Positions 12,600 to 25,194 of a DNA stretch of 64,000 nucleotides are shown here, in pieces; within the stretch, counting starts at the first letter, position 1, and each line of letters starts with the position of its first letter. The notes beneath the pieces were generated by a model, which worked only from the letters and a program-made list of their open reading frames with translations, was not told the origin of the DNA and did no database searches. The DNA is taken from NCBI GenBank assembly GCA_951406725.2, contig OX597834.1, positions 6,696,001 through 6,760,000 of the forward strand, in the 5' to 3' direction. Source of the DNA: Octopus vulgaris (Eukaryota). The position numbers and the translations under genes were made by a program.

Positions 12600-13149
12600 C
12601 TTCAAAAGAAAGTTATGGTGACTGTTAGGAGGTGTACTGCTGGGCTCATCCACTATATCTTCTTTAAACCTGATAAAACCATTACTGCAGAACCATATTG
12701 CCAAAAAAATTGCCAAAATGAACGAAAATCTACTACTCCTCCATCCCAGACTGGTCAACAGAAGAGAACCAATCATTCTTCATGACTGCTTGACCATGCA
12801 TTTCACTAATGACTTTCCAGAAGTTGAGGGAACTTGGCTACAAAGTTCTTTCCCACTCAGCTTATTCCAAAGACCTTTCTCCTACCGACTATCATGTTTT
12901 CAAGCACCTTGATGGTTTCCTGTGAGAGAAGGAATTCAAAAATCAAACCAATGCTGGATTCAAAGAGTTCATCAGCTCCAGAACTCCAGATTTTTATGTT
13001 ACCGGAATAAACAAACTTGTAACTCAATAGAAAAAAATGTGTTGATTGTAGTGGTTCTTGCTTTGGTGAGTAAAGTTTCTGCATTGTTGAAAGATATTGT
13101 GATGAATTTCATGTTTCAAAACGTTCCTTACTTTTTACTCAACCTGATG
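12600..13149 (+). mobile_element. Decayed mariner (cecropia/Hsmar1-like), 3' half
   Basis: LQKKVMVTVRRCTAGLIHYIFFKPDKTITAEPYC and RLVNRREPIILHD with frameshifts; TIR-like end ttactttttactcaacctgat. Confidence 0.8.
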
Positions 13150-13323
13150 TAATCATCATCATCTAGCATTTGCCTTCCATGCTGGTATGGGTTGGACGAT
13201 ATATATATATATATATATATATGTGGGGAAAGTTTACGAAAAAAACAAAAGACAAAGACAGGTGGTGTACAAAACAAACAAACAAACGGATGTATTAGTA
13301 TAATGCTCAGGAATAGAAAAAGT

Positions 13324-13359
13324 CTTTTACATTTCGAGCCTACGCTCTTCTACAGAAAG
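13324..13359 (-). ncRNA. Minimal Penelope-type HHR variant
   Basis: cttt CTGTAGA a-gagc[gtag]gctc GAAA tgt A aaag; lies in a ~200-bp fragment (13222-13418) next to (TA)n; A6U core variant. Confidence 0.6.
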
Positions 13360-14329
13360 GGACAAAGAAAAAACAAGGAGAGAGAAAAATGTGTGTTGTG
13401 GCTAACGATCTATCATGGTGTGTGTAGTGTATTGTTCTGTAATGGTAAGAGCAACGAAAATGTAGTCCATCAGGTGTTGTAAACTTGCGGCCAAGTTCCC
13501 ATTGAAGAATTCAAAAATACCTCCCCAATGAAATTGAATAACTGTACCATAGGCTCTGAAATACTATCTTTCCAGTCATGTAATTTACGGTCTAAGGGAG
13601 ATAACTCTTATACCCCTTTTTGCTTTTTGCTGATTTCTTTTTCATTTTACATTTTACAATCTTCCACTTTTTATAAATATTTCCTTCTCACCTTTTCCCT
13701 CATCTTATTTTTAGTTCATTATGCCATGTGGGCAGTATCTGATGATTGTGCTGGGACACTAAACATGTTATAAAACATTGTATGGCACGTTCTCAGCACT
13801 TGAAACTAATAGTAGCACATAAAAAAGGGACTAATGCAGTTCTGCACTTCTTGAAAAATGCATTTAAAAAAAAAACTTTTCAGATTCCTAAACTTTAGAT
13901 AATGGAGATTATGAATAGGCAAGAAAAACATTTTTAAATTTCATTCCCACCTCTTCCCCTCACTTCTCCCCATCCAATTAAAATTTTTGATTTTGTTTAC
14001 ATTGAAGAGAACGTAACGAACTGACGAACATATGCAAATTGAAATTAAATACAGACAAAAACATTAAAGTGAAAAGAATTTGTGTTTTAATTGTATTTGC
14101 CTAGATAATCGTAAATAATAATATAATGTAAATTAAATATTCTCCACATCCCCATGTGAGCCATTTTATTATTAATATTTAAAAATTAATGTTATAAAGT
14201 TTAATGAGGGGCTCAAATTTCACCCCTTGCCCAATTTTAAATTTTTAACTTTTTCATCCATTTATTTATTTGTCTTTCTATTTATCCCTATCCGTTTATT
14301 CTTAAAATATATTTGTCAACTAAATGTGG

Positions 14330-14500
14330 CGGTCCTATAGAGGACGGTGTTACTGTTGTTTTTTTGTCCCAGGAAGATATTTATATCTATCTGTCTCTTT
14401 ATAAACCCATCTATATGCTTATTGAATTTAAAAGTTTCGAAATGTGGTTTCTTGCATCCGGAATCTGCATCATCTGAAACATAGAGCAAAAATATTACAT
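14330..14500 (-). mobile_element. Penelope-like terminal fragment with a decayed HHR (14434-14480)
   Basis: ggtgttactgt...cccaggaagat motif shared with 44655-44690; minus strand gttt CAGATGA tgca...tgca a GAAA...gaaac. Confidence 0.45.
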
Positions 14501-14698
14501 CCTCATTGCTTTGAAAACGTCGTAAGTGATAGACCCTTGGTGAAATTGCAGTGACTAGGATGCATAACTGCATACAAAGCAGGGTGCAGTTGCTGCAGTA
14601 GAAACATATGTTGGTCATTGTTATATATGCTGCAGAATACTTTTTTAAAATTAAACAAGTTTTGGATGTGAATAAACTCCTTTCTCCTCTTGCTTTTC

Positions 14699-14733
<35 letters not shown>

Positions 14734-14829
14734 TAATCCAAACAAGAAAGCACAAAAAAACACAACAACGCGAGGATGTGGAACAAATATAGTATTATTG
14801 GACGCTCAGGAAATAAGGGAAGAAGGAGG

Positions 14830-14864
14830 GTTTGACGTTTCGAGCAGAGCTCTTCGTCGGAAAC
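14830..14864 (-). ncRNA. Minimal Penelope-type HHR (dimer-type stem III)
   Basis: gttt CCGACGA a-gagc[tct]gctc GAAACGTC aaac; palindromic ACGT stem III, GUC triplet, U4C variant; lies in fragment 14730-14880 next to (TA)n. Confidence 0.75.
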
Positions 14865-15125
14865 ATAGGAGAAGGAAATATATTTATATGTGTAGGTGTC
14901 TTTGTGTTTGTTATCACTACTTGGCAAACCGGTGTTTGTTTGTCTACATCCCAGTAGCTTAATTGTTTGGCAAAAGAGACCAATAGAATAAGTACCAGAT
15001 TTAAATGAAAAAAATTACTGGGATTGATTTGTTTGATCAAACCCTTCAAGGAGATGCCCCAGCATGGCCACAGTCCAATGAGTGAAACCTGTACAAGGTA
15101 GAAAGCAACAGGTATATGACATGAA

Positions 15126-15349
15126 GGCGGCGAGCTGGCAGATACGTTAGCATGCCAGGCGAAATGCGTAGCCGTATTTCGTCTGTCGTGAGTTCAAATT
15201 CCGCCGAGGTCGACTTTGCCTTTCATCCTTTCAGGGTCGATAAATTAAGATCCAGTTACGCACTGGGATCGATGTAATCGACTTAATACTTATGTCTGTC
15301 CTTGTTTGTCCCCTCTGTGTTTAGCCCCTTGTGGGTAATAAAGAAATAG
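15126..15349 (+). mobile_element. SINE family A monomer with a 15-bp TSD
   Basis: Head ggcggcgagctggcaga...gagttcaaattcc; TSD aggtatatgacatga on both sides, overlapping the SINE 3' end. Confidence 0.9.
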
Positions 15350-15699
15350 GTATATGACATGATGGTCATGGTTGGATCTTCCTTGAGCATAGTACTGCTC
15401 AATGAAGAGTGACGTGGGTCTAATAACAATAACTATAAAGTGTGTAGATGGATGTATTGAAAGTGAGCCAAGCTTCAAATGATTAAAAAAAAGAAAAGAA
15501 AAACAGACAGCAGAAACATTGAGCTCAGACAATGTCTGAACATGACAGAATGATAAAAGTTTGGTGTTGTACAAAACTAATAGAAGAACGAATTGCCAAA
15601 GAAGAAAAATGTTGGCTAAGAAAAGTTTAAATCCCAGCAGAATATACAATATTATTGGCTGATGTACCTATGTATGTTACGTGGTTAAATGGATAGTTT

Positions 15700-16210
15700 G
15701 AAGGAGAGTGAGAGTAGGGAGAGAAAGGGAGAGAGGGGAAGAGAGAGGAATGAAGAAAGAAGAGAGGATAGTGAGGGGAGGGGGAGAGAGGGGACAGAGA
15801 GATGGAGAGAGAGAGAGGGGAAAGAATAGCGTTTAGCAGAGGTTGTGTGGTAACAGTGAGAGGATAAAGGGTTGAAGGAAAGAAAAACTATTGTGTAGTT
15901 AATGATAGTAAGAGAGAGAGAGAGAGGGAGAGAGGGAGAGAGAGAGGGAGAGAGAGGGAGAGAGGGATAGAGAGAGGGAGAGAGAGGGAGAGAGGGAGAG
16001 AGAGGGAGGGAGAGAGAGAGAGGAGTGTTTAGCAGAAGCAGTGTAGGAGGAAGGATCATGGTAGCAGTGAAAGGTAAGAGAAGAGGGACACAATTACGTT
16101 TTGTGGTTAAATGGTTAGTAAAAGGAAGGGGCAAATAGAGAGAGAGAGAAAGAGACAGACCAGTGCGTTTACCAGAGAGGACAGAGTAGAGGTCAGAGGT
16201 AGGAGAAAGA
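15700..16210. repeat. GA-rich low-complexity / (AG)n tract
   Basis: Direct reading. Confidence 0.9.
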
Positions 16211-16215
16211 GAACA

Positions 16216-16545
16216 TTCATCATCATCATCATCATCGTTTAATGTCCGTTTTCCGTGCTAGCACGGGTTGGACGGTTCGACCGGGGTCTGATAAGAAAGG
16301 AAGCTGCACTAGGCTTCAGTGTGATCTGGCAGTGTTTCTACAGCTGGTTGCCCTTCCTAACATCAACCACTCCGTGAGTGTAGTGGGTGCTTTTTACGTG
16401 CCCCCCGTACAGGTGCCAGGGGAGGCTGGCAACGGCCACAATCAGTTGGTGATTTTTACGTGCCACCGGCACAGAAACAAGTCAAGGCGGCGCTGGCATC
16501 AGCCATGTTCGGATGGTGCTTTGTACATGCCACCGGCACAGGTAT
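16216..16545 (-). mobile_element. SINE-like family E with (GAT)n tail
   Basis: Homologous to 25421-25740, 39563-39997 and 58819-58978. Confidence 0.85.
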
Positions 16546-16627
16546 CACAACTACTATTTCTATTTGATATTTATTTCGATATTCACAGATAATAACATGC
16601 ACACTTACAAAAACACATTTGATACAG

Positions 16628-17078
16628 GGGTTTCAAATTTTGGCACAAGGCCAGCAATGTCTGGGGAGTGGGTGAATCAATTTGGCAGATCCTAGTGCTG
16701 AACTGGTAATTATTTAATCGCCCCTGAAAGGGTAAAAGGCAAAGTAAATGTTGATGGAATTTGAACTTAGAATATAAAGACAGACGAAATGCCACCACTA
16801 AGCATTTTGCCCCGCATGCTAACGGTTCTGCTGGATTGCCACTTTAGGGAACGGCTATAATAATGGTTTCAAATTTTGGAACAAGGCCAGCAATCTCTGG
16901 AGTGGGGTAAATCAATTACATCGACCCCAGTACTCAACTGGTACTGATTTTAATGATCCCAAAATGATGAAAAGCAAAGCTGACCTCAGCAGAATTTGAA
17001 CTCAGAACATAAAGACAGATAAAATACCACGATGCATTTTACATGTAGTGCTAATGATTCTTCCAGCTTGCTGCCTTA
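16628..17078 (-). mobile_element. Two adjacent older family-A-related SINEs
   Basis: Share the gaatttgaactcagaa/aaaggcaaagt body but have a different 3' end (ccttgtgccaaaatttgaaacc). Confidence 0.75.
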
Positions 17079-17294
17079 CCAATGAGGACTTATAATAAAT
17101 GGTGGAGCTGTGGTAGCACCACTGATAGGTTTATTGGTAAATCACCATGGCAGCAGGGTTTCTAAACAGGATAAGACAAAAACTGTAATTCTCTTTTAAC
17201 GAACTATTTTTTTTCAATTGCCAATCACTTAACACCTGTGCTTTAGTGTAATTAATTGTCATCTGCTAATTCTTTAACAACAAAGTCATATAGT

Positions 17295-17529
17295 AGCATA
17301 TTCTGTTGTGTCTGGGGAGAGTCATTTCCTTTTTGTGCCTTATTATGTAACACACTCACTGGTAAAATTTCCACTTTTTTCTTATTTTTATTTCCCTAAA
17401 ATTTTCGTTGCGTCTTGCAAGCTTTTAGGAAAATAGAAATAAGAAAAAAGTGGAAATTTTACCGGTGAGTGTGTTACATTATAAGGCACTAAAAGAGAAT
17501 GACTCTCCCCAGACACGACAGAATATGCT
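17295..17529. repeat. 107-bp inverted repeat with a 21-bp spacer
   Basis: 17295-17401 is the reverse complement of 17423-17529 with scattered mismatches. Confidence 0.92.
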
Positions 17530-17736
17530 TCAACACACGAACTCACATAAAGAATCTTGCAAACCAAATCCAAAAATGTTATATAGTAGCAGTTTAATAT
17601 TATCAACAGCTTATATCTTTATTTTGTTCTAGAGCAGAGGTTTTCAATGTACGTGGTACCACCCCACAGGGATGTGCTGGGAAATGGAGGAGCCATTGGT
17701 CTTTAGGGAACAGTGAGGCAACATAATTACCATTTT

Positions 17737-17966
17737 TTCTTTTCTTTTTTTTCTTTTATTTGTTTCAGTCATTTGACCGAGGCCATGCTGGAGCACCGCC
17801 TTTTGTCGAGCAAATCGAATCCAGGACTTATTCTTTGTAAGCCTAGTACTTATTCTATTGGTCTTTCTTGCTGAACTGCTAAGTGATGGCGACATAAACA
17901 CACCAACATTGGTTGTCAAGCAATGTTGGGGTGACAAACACACACACAGAAACATATACACACACG

Positions 17967-18006
<40 letters not shown>

Positions 18007-18168
18007 CGACGGGCTTCTTTCAGCTTCCGTCTACCAAATCCACTCACAAGACTTTGGTCAGCCCAAGGCTATAGTAGAAGACTCTTGCACAAGGTGCCAT
18101 GCAGTGGGACTGAACCCAGAACCATGTGGTTGGTAAGCAAGCTACTTACCGCACAGCCATTCCTGCGT
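17737..18168 (-). mobile_element. SINE family B, full length
   Basis: Homology to other B copies. Confidence 0.9.
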
Positions 18169-18596
18169 CTATTATACTGAATTTTATTTATCGTAGTAAT
18201 TATATTACATGTAGGATTCATTGTGGCTTCAATTTCTGACTAAGCAATTAAATAAATTTGTAATAAGTCAAAGAGGAGATTTATAACTTCTTTTGACTGA
18301 CACGAACCCGATGTAGGAAATTTAGTCGCATCTCATCAAGCGGAGGAAAGCCATTAACTTGCATTGTACAAAGTAAATTTACCACTTTTGTCTTTATTAA
18401 TTCTTTATCATTCCACTGTTAGAAGCTTAATTGACATGGGAACCAAATACTTTGAAACCACCAGAAGAGAAAAGGAGGAAATCAAATGAAAAGAGAGAAA
18501 GGCTTAACAAAATTAACCTCATCTTCTATCAACATTTCCATGTAGTTGATTCCATCGACTCTACAATGCAAGAATTGGTTTACTTAGTTATCAATA

Positions 18597-18817
18597 CCTA
18601 TTTCTTTACTACCCACAAGGGGTTAAACACAGAGGGGACAAACAAGGACAGACAAAGGGATTAAGTCGATTACATCGGCCCCAGTGCGTAACTGGTACTT
18701 AATTTATCGACCCCGAAAGGATGAAAGGCAAAGTCGACCTTGGTGGAATTTGAACTCAGAACGTAACGGCAGACGAAATACGGCTACGCATTACGCCCGC
18801 AGTGCTAACGTTTCTGC
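18597..18817 (-). mobile_element. SINE family A monomer
   Basis: Homology to other A copies. Confidence 0.9.
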
Positions 18818-18981
18818 ATCATCATCATCATCATCATCATTGTCATTTAATATCTGTGGTCCATGCTGATGTGGATTGGACGGTGTGACCTGAGCCTGAG
18901 CTGGCCAGCTGGTAGGGTGGAGGACTGTACAAGACTCCCATCTGATTTGGCATGGTTTCCACACACACACAAATATATATA

Positions 18982-19330
18982 TCATCCTCATCATCATCAT
19001 CATCCTCATCATCATCCTCATCATCATCCTCATCATCATCATCATCCTCATCATCCTCATCATCATCATCCTCATCATCATCCTCATCATCATCCTCATC
19101 ATCATCCTCATCATCATCATCATCATCCTCATCATCATCATCATCATCATCATCCCATCCTCCTCCTCCTCCTCCTCATCATCATCATCATCATCATCAT
19201 CCCCATCATCATCCTCATCCTCATCATCATCATCTTCCTCTTCCTCCTCCTCCTCCTCCTCATCATCATCATCATCATCATCCTCATCCTCATCATCATC
19301 ATCATCAACAACAACAACAACAACAACAAC
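18982..19330. repeat. (CAT/CCT)n(CAA)n microsatellite
   Basis: Direct reading. Confidence 0.97.
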
Positions 19331-20020
19331 ATTTTAACGTTCATTTTCCACACTGGCATGGGTTTGCATGGCTTTGACATGAACTGGCAAGGCTAAGAGG
19401 CCACACAAGGGGGTTCCATAGTCTGTTTCGGTTTGGTTTCTACAGCTGGATGCCCTTCCTTCCTAACGTCAACCACTATTCAGGGTGTACAGGATACTTT
19501 CTACGTAACACCACCCCCAGTGCTTTTTACATAACACCTTGGCTTTAGGATCTCAATTCTGTTGAGATGGTTCGGTTTCCTTGAGTACAAGCAATGTGCC
19601 ACATTTCTTGGCAAAATGGTAAACAAAAAAATAAATGAAGGACAAAACCCAATAGTAGGAAGAGATTTTACAAATTCTTTGGGTTTGTTAAAGATTTTGT
19701 TTTCATCTCCATTCTGAAATATCATCTAGACATACTAAATTTGTTTCCAGTTCCTTTTCCTCGCAACCCCTCCCCCTCCATGCTCCGTTTGGTTGTTATT
19801 TGTGGGGGTTTTTTTTATATTATTATATTACACCATGTTCTTTTTTTTGTTTTTTGATTTTGGTGTTTTTTTTTTTGCAATAATCTTAGTCTCTTCAGTT
19901 CTCCATCATTTTAGAGATTTATTGGTTTTTCTTTTTTTACTTTTCTTATTTTTTTCAGTACTTGAAGTTCATTTTTTATTTTACTTCCTTTGCCAAAATT
20001 CTTCCCATCCTCTGAATTAA

Positions 20021-20022
<2 letters not shown>

Positions 20023-20087
<65 letters not shown>

Positions 20088-20317
20088 CTTCTTCTTCTTC
20101 TTCTTCTTCTTCTTCTTCTTCTTCTTCTCCTCCTCCTCCTCCTCCTCCTCCTCCTTCTTCTTCTTCTTCTTCTTCTTCTTCTTCTTCTTCTTTATCTTCT
20201 TCTTCTTCAACTTTATTTTCTTCTTCAATTTCATTTTCTTCAAGTTCATTATCTTCTTCCTCTTATTCTTCCTAACTAGTGCCTTTTTTTTTATGTCATC
20301 TCCAAAATAAAGACACA

Positions 20318-20360
<43 letters not shown>
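20023..20360. repeat. (CTG)(TTG)(TTC)(TCC)n and (CA)n microsatellites
   Basis: Direct reading. Confidence 0.95.
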
Positions 20361-20364
<4 letters not shown>

Positions 20365-20694
20365 TACCAATAATGCCCAGTGTTATTTACCATTATCCAA
20401 ACTCTGCTGGAACTTCTGTATAAACAGAGAAACAACCATGAAGATTATGATGCTGATGATGATATGATCAGCATCATTGCCACCATCACCACCACCTCCA
20501 CCTCCACCACTACCACCTCCACCACTACCACCACCATCATCGTTCATATACAATTTTTTTTAATCAAAAGTATTAAGTATTATTACAATTATTATTTTTT
20601 TTCTGGGGTTAAGGGCAAGGAAGGATGGTCTTGTTATCCCAGTTCTCTAAATTCCCAGAGTTCTAGACCTTTTATTGCATTGTTTATTCCGTTC

Positions 20695-20726
20695 ATACAC
20701 ATACAGACATTCACACATATATACCT

Positions 20727-20771
<45 letters not shown>

Positions 20772-21032
20772 CATACAAGCATACATACATATATATATAC
20801 ACACACCCACACACACATAAATATATACATATACATACATATATGATATATATACACATGAAACATGCATACATGCATACATGCATACATATATACATAT
20901 CAAAATAAGCAACCTTACTTTAAAATTGCATGGATAATACCATACTAAATTCTGGTGCCTCAACTTAAGTACCATATTCATCTGAATCTATGTGTGTGTT
21001 TGTGTGTGTGTATGTATGTATATATGCATATA

Positions 21033-21103
<71 letters not shown>

Positions 21104-21864
21104 TTTGTTTGTGTTGGCATACAGATGTATATATGTGTATGCATGTATGCAAATGTATAGATATATATATATATATAGTATATTATATATAGACACTTAC
21201 ATGTACATCTATCTATATTTACATTTAAGCATATATATGTATATATATATATATATGTACACACACATATATACATACACACATATATACCCTCACACAC
21301 TATACATATATATATATATGTGTGTGTGCATATATATATATATATGTGTATGTATGTGAGTATATATAAATAAGCATACACACATATACATACATGTGTA
21401 ATATAAATGTGTACACACACACACACACATATTCTACATTATACACACACACACACACTTTTCACGAAAAGTCTTCTAGGCCTTCAGGTTTCAATCTAGA
21501 TGGAACAATGATATATTTACAGTTTACTGTTGTGAAAACTCGGTGTCAAAGTTCACTGTGTTTATAGATTTAATCTAATTCATCTTTTTCAATAACAAAA
21601 ATATATTATCAACACCAACAATAAAGACAAAAAAACAAAAACCCAAAGAAAGTTTTAATAAGTAAATAAATGAATATATAAATATATTTCATTCCTAGCA
21701 CCCTTTCTTCCCTAACTCTACCTTTTCCTATCTCTCGCACTCTGTCTGTCTGTCTGTCTGGCTGTCTGTCTGTCTGTCTCCCTTTTTCTCTCTGTCCCTA
21801 CACATGTGTGTGTATGTGTGTGTATGTGTGAGCATGTGTATGTTTGTCTATATATATATATATA

Positions 21865-21924
<60 letters not shown>

Positions 21925-22224
21925 GATATATATATATAATATATGATATATATATATATATGATATATATACACATATATATATAATATATATATATACA
22001 TATATATAATATATATATAATATATATGTATAATATATATATATATGTATTATATATATGTATAACATATATATATATAATATATATATATATATAATAT
22101 ATATACATATATATATATGTGTATATATATATATATATGTATGCATGTATGTTTGTATGTATCTATATGTGTGTGTGTCTGCCTCTACCTTTCTCATTTC
22201 TCTATTTCTAAATAATAAAATTAC

Positions 22225-22256
<32 letters not shown>

Positions 22257-22260
22257 TATT
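20695..22260. repeat. Degenerate TA/TG/CA microsatellite field with short unique spacers
   Basis: Direct reading. Confidence 0.9.
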
Positions 22261-22844
22261 TTCATTTTCTTTTCATTACATGCTTTTTTCTTACTGTGTT
22301 CGTTTTTCAATTCCCCCCCACCCCCACCCCCGCCCTTTATTCTGCACAACACTGTTTCCTTAGTTTATTGAACTCAGTAGACAATAACGTAAGTTAGTTT
22401 AATGAAATTTTCCATATAAAACTGTTTAATCTGTATTTCCATTTTTGTTATTTTAATATTCCTCGTTGTTGTTGTTGTTGTTGTTATTACAGTTATTTCT
22501 TAGCCCAAAGTCACTCCTGACTGAGCAGACCTATGAACAAAGCCTTCTGGCCATCTCTCTCCTCTTTTATATTTAAGAATGGAGTGTCGCCACCGGCAAC
22601 GTCTATCCAATGCCTTCATCATGGTGTTTGTCTCTCTTAAACGGTAGTTTATTGTTCGGGGGACATTTAACTTGTAATTTCTAGTAAGTTGGCTAACTAA
22701 GGAGTTGTACCCTAGCTGTAATATTAATATCTGGGTACTTATACATTGTGCTGTGTGTTCACCATTACCCTTTGAATACAAATAGGCGAAGGGCCATGGT
22801 GAACGCTTTTCACACAAGAAACCTGAGGAAGATATATCAGATAT

Positions 22845-23579
22845 AGTGCCAAGGACTCCAAATTTGCCATCAAGATGTAGGACAAGATACTGTGATAGCC
22901 TGGACTTCAGAGGCCCACAGCTCTTCAATATCCTCCCGAAGAACCTGAGAGACCTGCATGGGGTGGATGCAGATGTCTTTAAAATAAAACTGGATCTCTT
23001 CCTGTCAGGTGTCCCAGATGAAAATATATCAGATATAGTGCCAAGGACTCCAAATTTGCCATCAAGATGTAGGACAAGATACTGTGATAGCCTGGGCTTC
23101 AGAGGCCCACAGCTCTTCAATATCCTCCCAAAGAACCTGAGAGACCTGCATGGGGTGGATGCAGATGTCTTTAAAATTAAACTGGATCTCTTCCTGTCAG
23201 GTGTCCCAGATGAAAATATATCAGATATAGTGCCAAGGACTCCAAATTTGCCATCAAGATGTAGGACAAGATACTGTGATAGCCTGGGCTTCAGAGGCCC
23301 ACAGCTCTTCAATATCCTCCTGAAGAACCTGAGAGACCTGCATGGGGTGGATGCAGATGTCTTTAAAATAAAACTGGATCTCTTTTTATGTCAGGTGTCC
23401 CAGATGAACCAACTTCACGGCAGGAGGTGCAGATGAGGGCAGCTGCATCGAACTCTCTAATGCACCAAATGGCAATTGCTAAAAAGCATTCGTGAAGTGA
23501 AATCATGTAGCAACACCAAATTGTGGGGCCCCAGCATGGCCAAAGCTCGTGAGCTGAAACTAGATAAAATAAAAAAAAA
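22845..23579 (+). mobile_element. CR1/L2-group LINE 3' end with an internal 192-bp triplication
   Basis: ORF2 C-terminus-like SLGFRGPQLFNILPKNLRDL...FKIKLDLFLSGVPDEP...RAAASNSL; 3' tail ccccagcatggcc...ctgaaactagataaaataaa. Confidence 0.85.
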
Positions 23580-23987
23580 GTGGCTGTGTGGTAAGTAGCT
23601 TGCTAACCAGCCACATGGCTGCGGGTTCAGTCCCACTGCGTGGCATCTTGGGCAAGTGTTTTCTGCTATAGCCTCGGGCAGAACAAAACCTTGTGAGTGC
23701 ATTTAGTAGACGGAAACTGAAAGAAGCCCGTCGTATATATGTATATATATATATATATATGCATGTGTGTGTGTGTGTTTGTGTGTCTGTGTTTGTCCCC
23801 CTAGCATTGCTTGACAACCGATGCTGGTGTGTTTATGTCCCCGTCACTTAGCGGTTCGGCAAAAGAGACCGATAGATTAAGTACTGGGCTTACAAAGAAT
23901 AAGTCCCGGGGTCGATTTGCTTGACTAAAAGGCGGTGCTCCAGCATGGCCACAGTCAAATGACTGAAACAAGTAAAAGAGTAAAGAG
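23580..23987 (+). mobile_element. SINE family B, full length
   Basis: Homology to other B copies; begins immediately after the LINE tail. Confidence 0.9.
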
Positions 23988-24774
23988 TTTATAACGACTA
24001 AGTTTCCAATGGCACATTGTACCAAATGGCTGATAAAAAGCAAATGAGTTCAAGGATAAAGGAACACTTAAAGAAACGGATTGGTCACCAACTGCAACAC
24101 CCACCCAATAAATGCTTTCAACAGGGCCTGCTGCTTAACACTCTACAAAGTGGAGAGCACAAGAGGAGATGACCAAGAATGAGTTACCACTGTATGATTT
24201 GTGCAGACTGTGTGATGTCCACTCAATGAAATGCTTTAAGATGGAAATGAGTGGAAAGCCTTAAAAGACCATGTCTGCCAATGATTGACTATACCCTTCC
24301 CCCCCTATTATTCATATTTCTTTTGCTGGATTTTGAATGATGAATATTGATTGACCTTTTACTGTAGCCGCAGTCAGGACAATGCTTTGTGAATGAATGT
24401 GGTAGGCCAGCTCCAGGCTACTTTCCTCTGCTGTTCCTATTTCTTTATTACCCACAAGGGGCTAAACACAGAGGGGACAAACAAGGACTGCCCAGAGTGG
24501 TGGCATGTCTCTCTCAAGGAAATGGATCAGATGGAAAGTAACGGACGCGAAGAGGCAACGATTAGACATAGAAAATGTAAAGAGTGGGTGCACTGTCTCA
24601 TCTCCCACCAACCCTCCCACGATACATGCCCCTGGCTCTTCTATACCACCCTTGGCATGAACAGCCACCCTAGGAACTAGTGCTGTTTGCACCCATCAGG
24701 ATGAAGGGGCTCAATCATTTACTGTAGGTTAACTACTCAGGCATGAGTTGATGTTGTTTGTGCTGCCAACCGAT

Positions 24775-24799
24775 GCATGTATGTATGTATGTATGTATG

Positions 24800-24833
<34 letters not shown>

Positions 24834-25081
24834 TGTATGTATGTATGTATGTATGTATGTGTGTATGTGTATATGTACGTATGTATGTATGTATGTAGTA
24901 TGACTGTATGTGTGTATGTATGTATGTATTATGTATGTATGTATGCATGTATGTATGTATGCATGTATGTATGCATGTATGTCTGTTTGTATGTATGTAT
25001 GTATGTGTGTATGTATGTATGTATGTGTGTATGTGTGTATGTATGTATGTATGTATGTATGCATGTATGCATGTATGTGTC

Positions 25082-25116
<35 letters not shown>

Positions 25117-25135
25117 ATGTCTGTGTGTGTGTGTC
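24775..25135. repeat. (TATG)n/(TG)n microsatellite
   Basis: Direct reading. Confidence 0.97.
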
Positions 25136-25194
25136 TGGACCCCTTGTTGTCATAACCAATGAACTGCCAATATGTTCCTGTCTATTTCTTTTAA

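Noticed and set aside
13735-13773. HHR-like gtat CTGATGA...TAAA catgt
   Set aside because: G12 is missing and the stems are only 3 bp; could be chance or heavy decay
14015-14055. CTGACGA...GAAA motif
   Set aside because: No stem I or stem II pairing
20940-20990. Minus-strand CAGATGA...GAAT motif in a TA-flanked module
   Set aside because: Too degenerate to call as an HHR
22500-23312. 270-aa minus-strand ORF
   Set aside because: Antisense of the triplicated LINE segment
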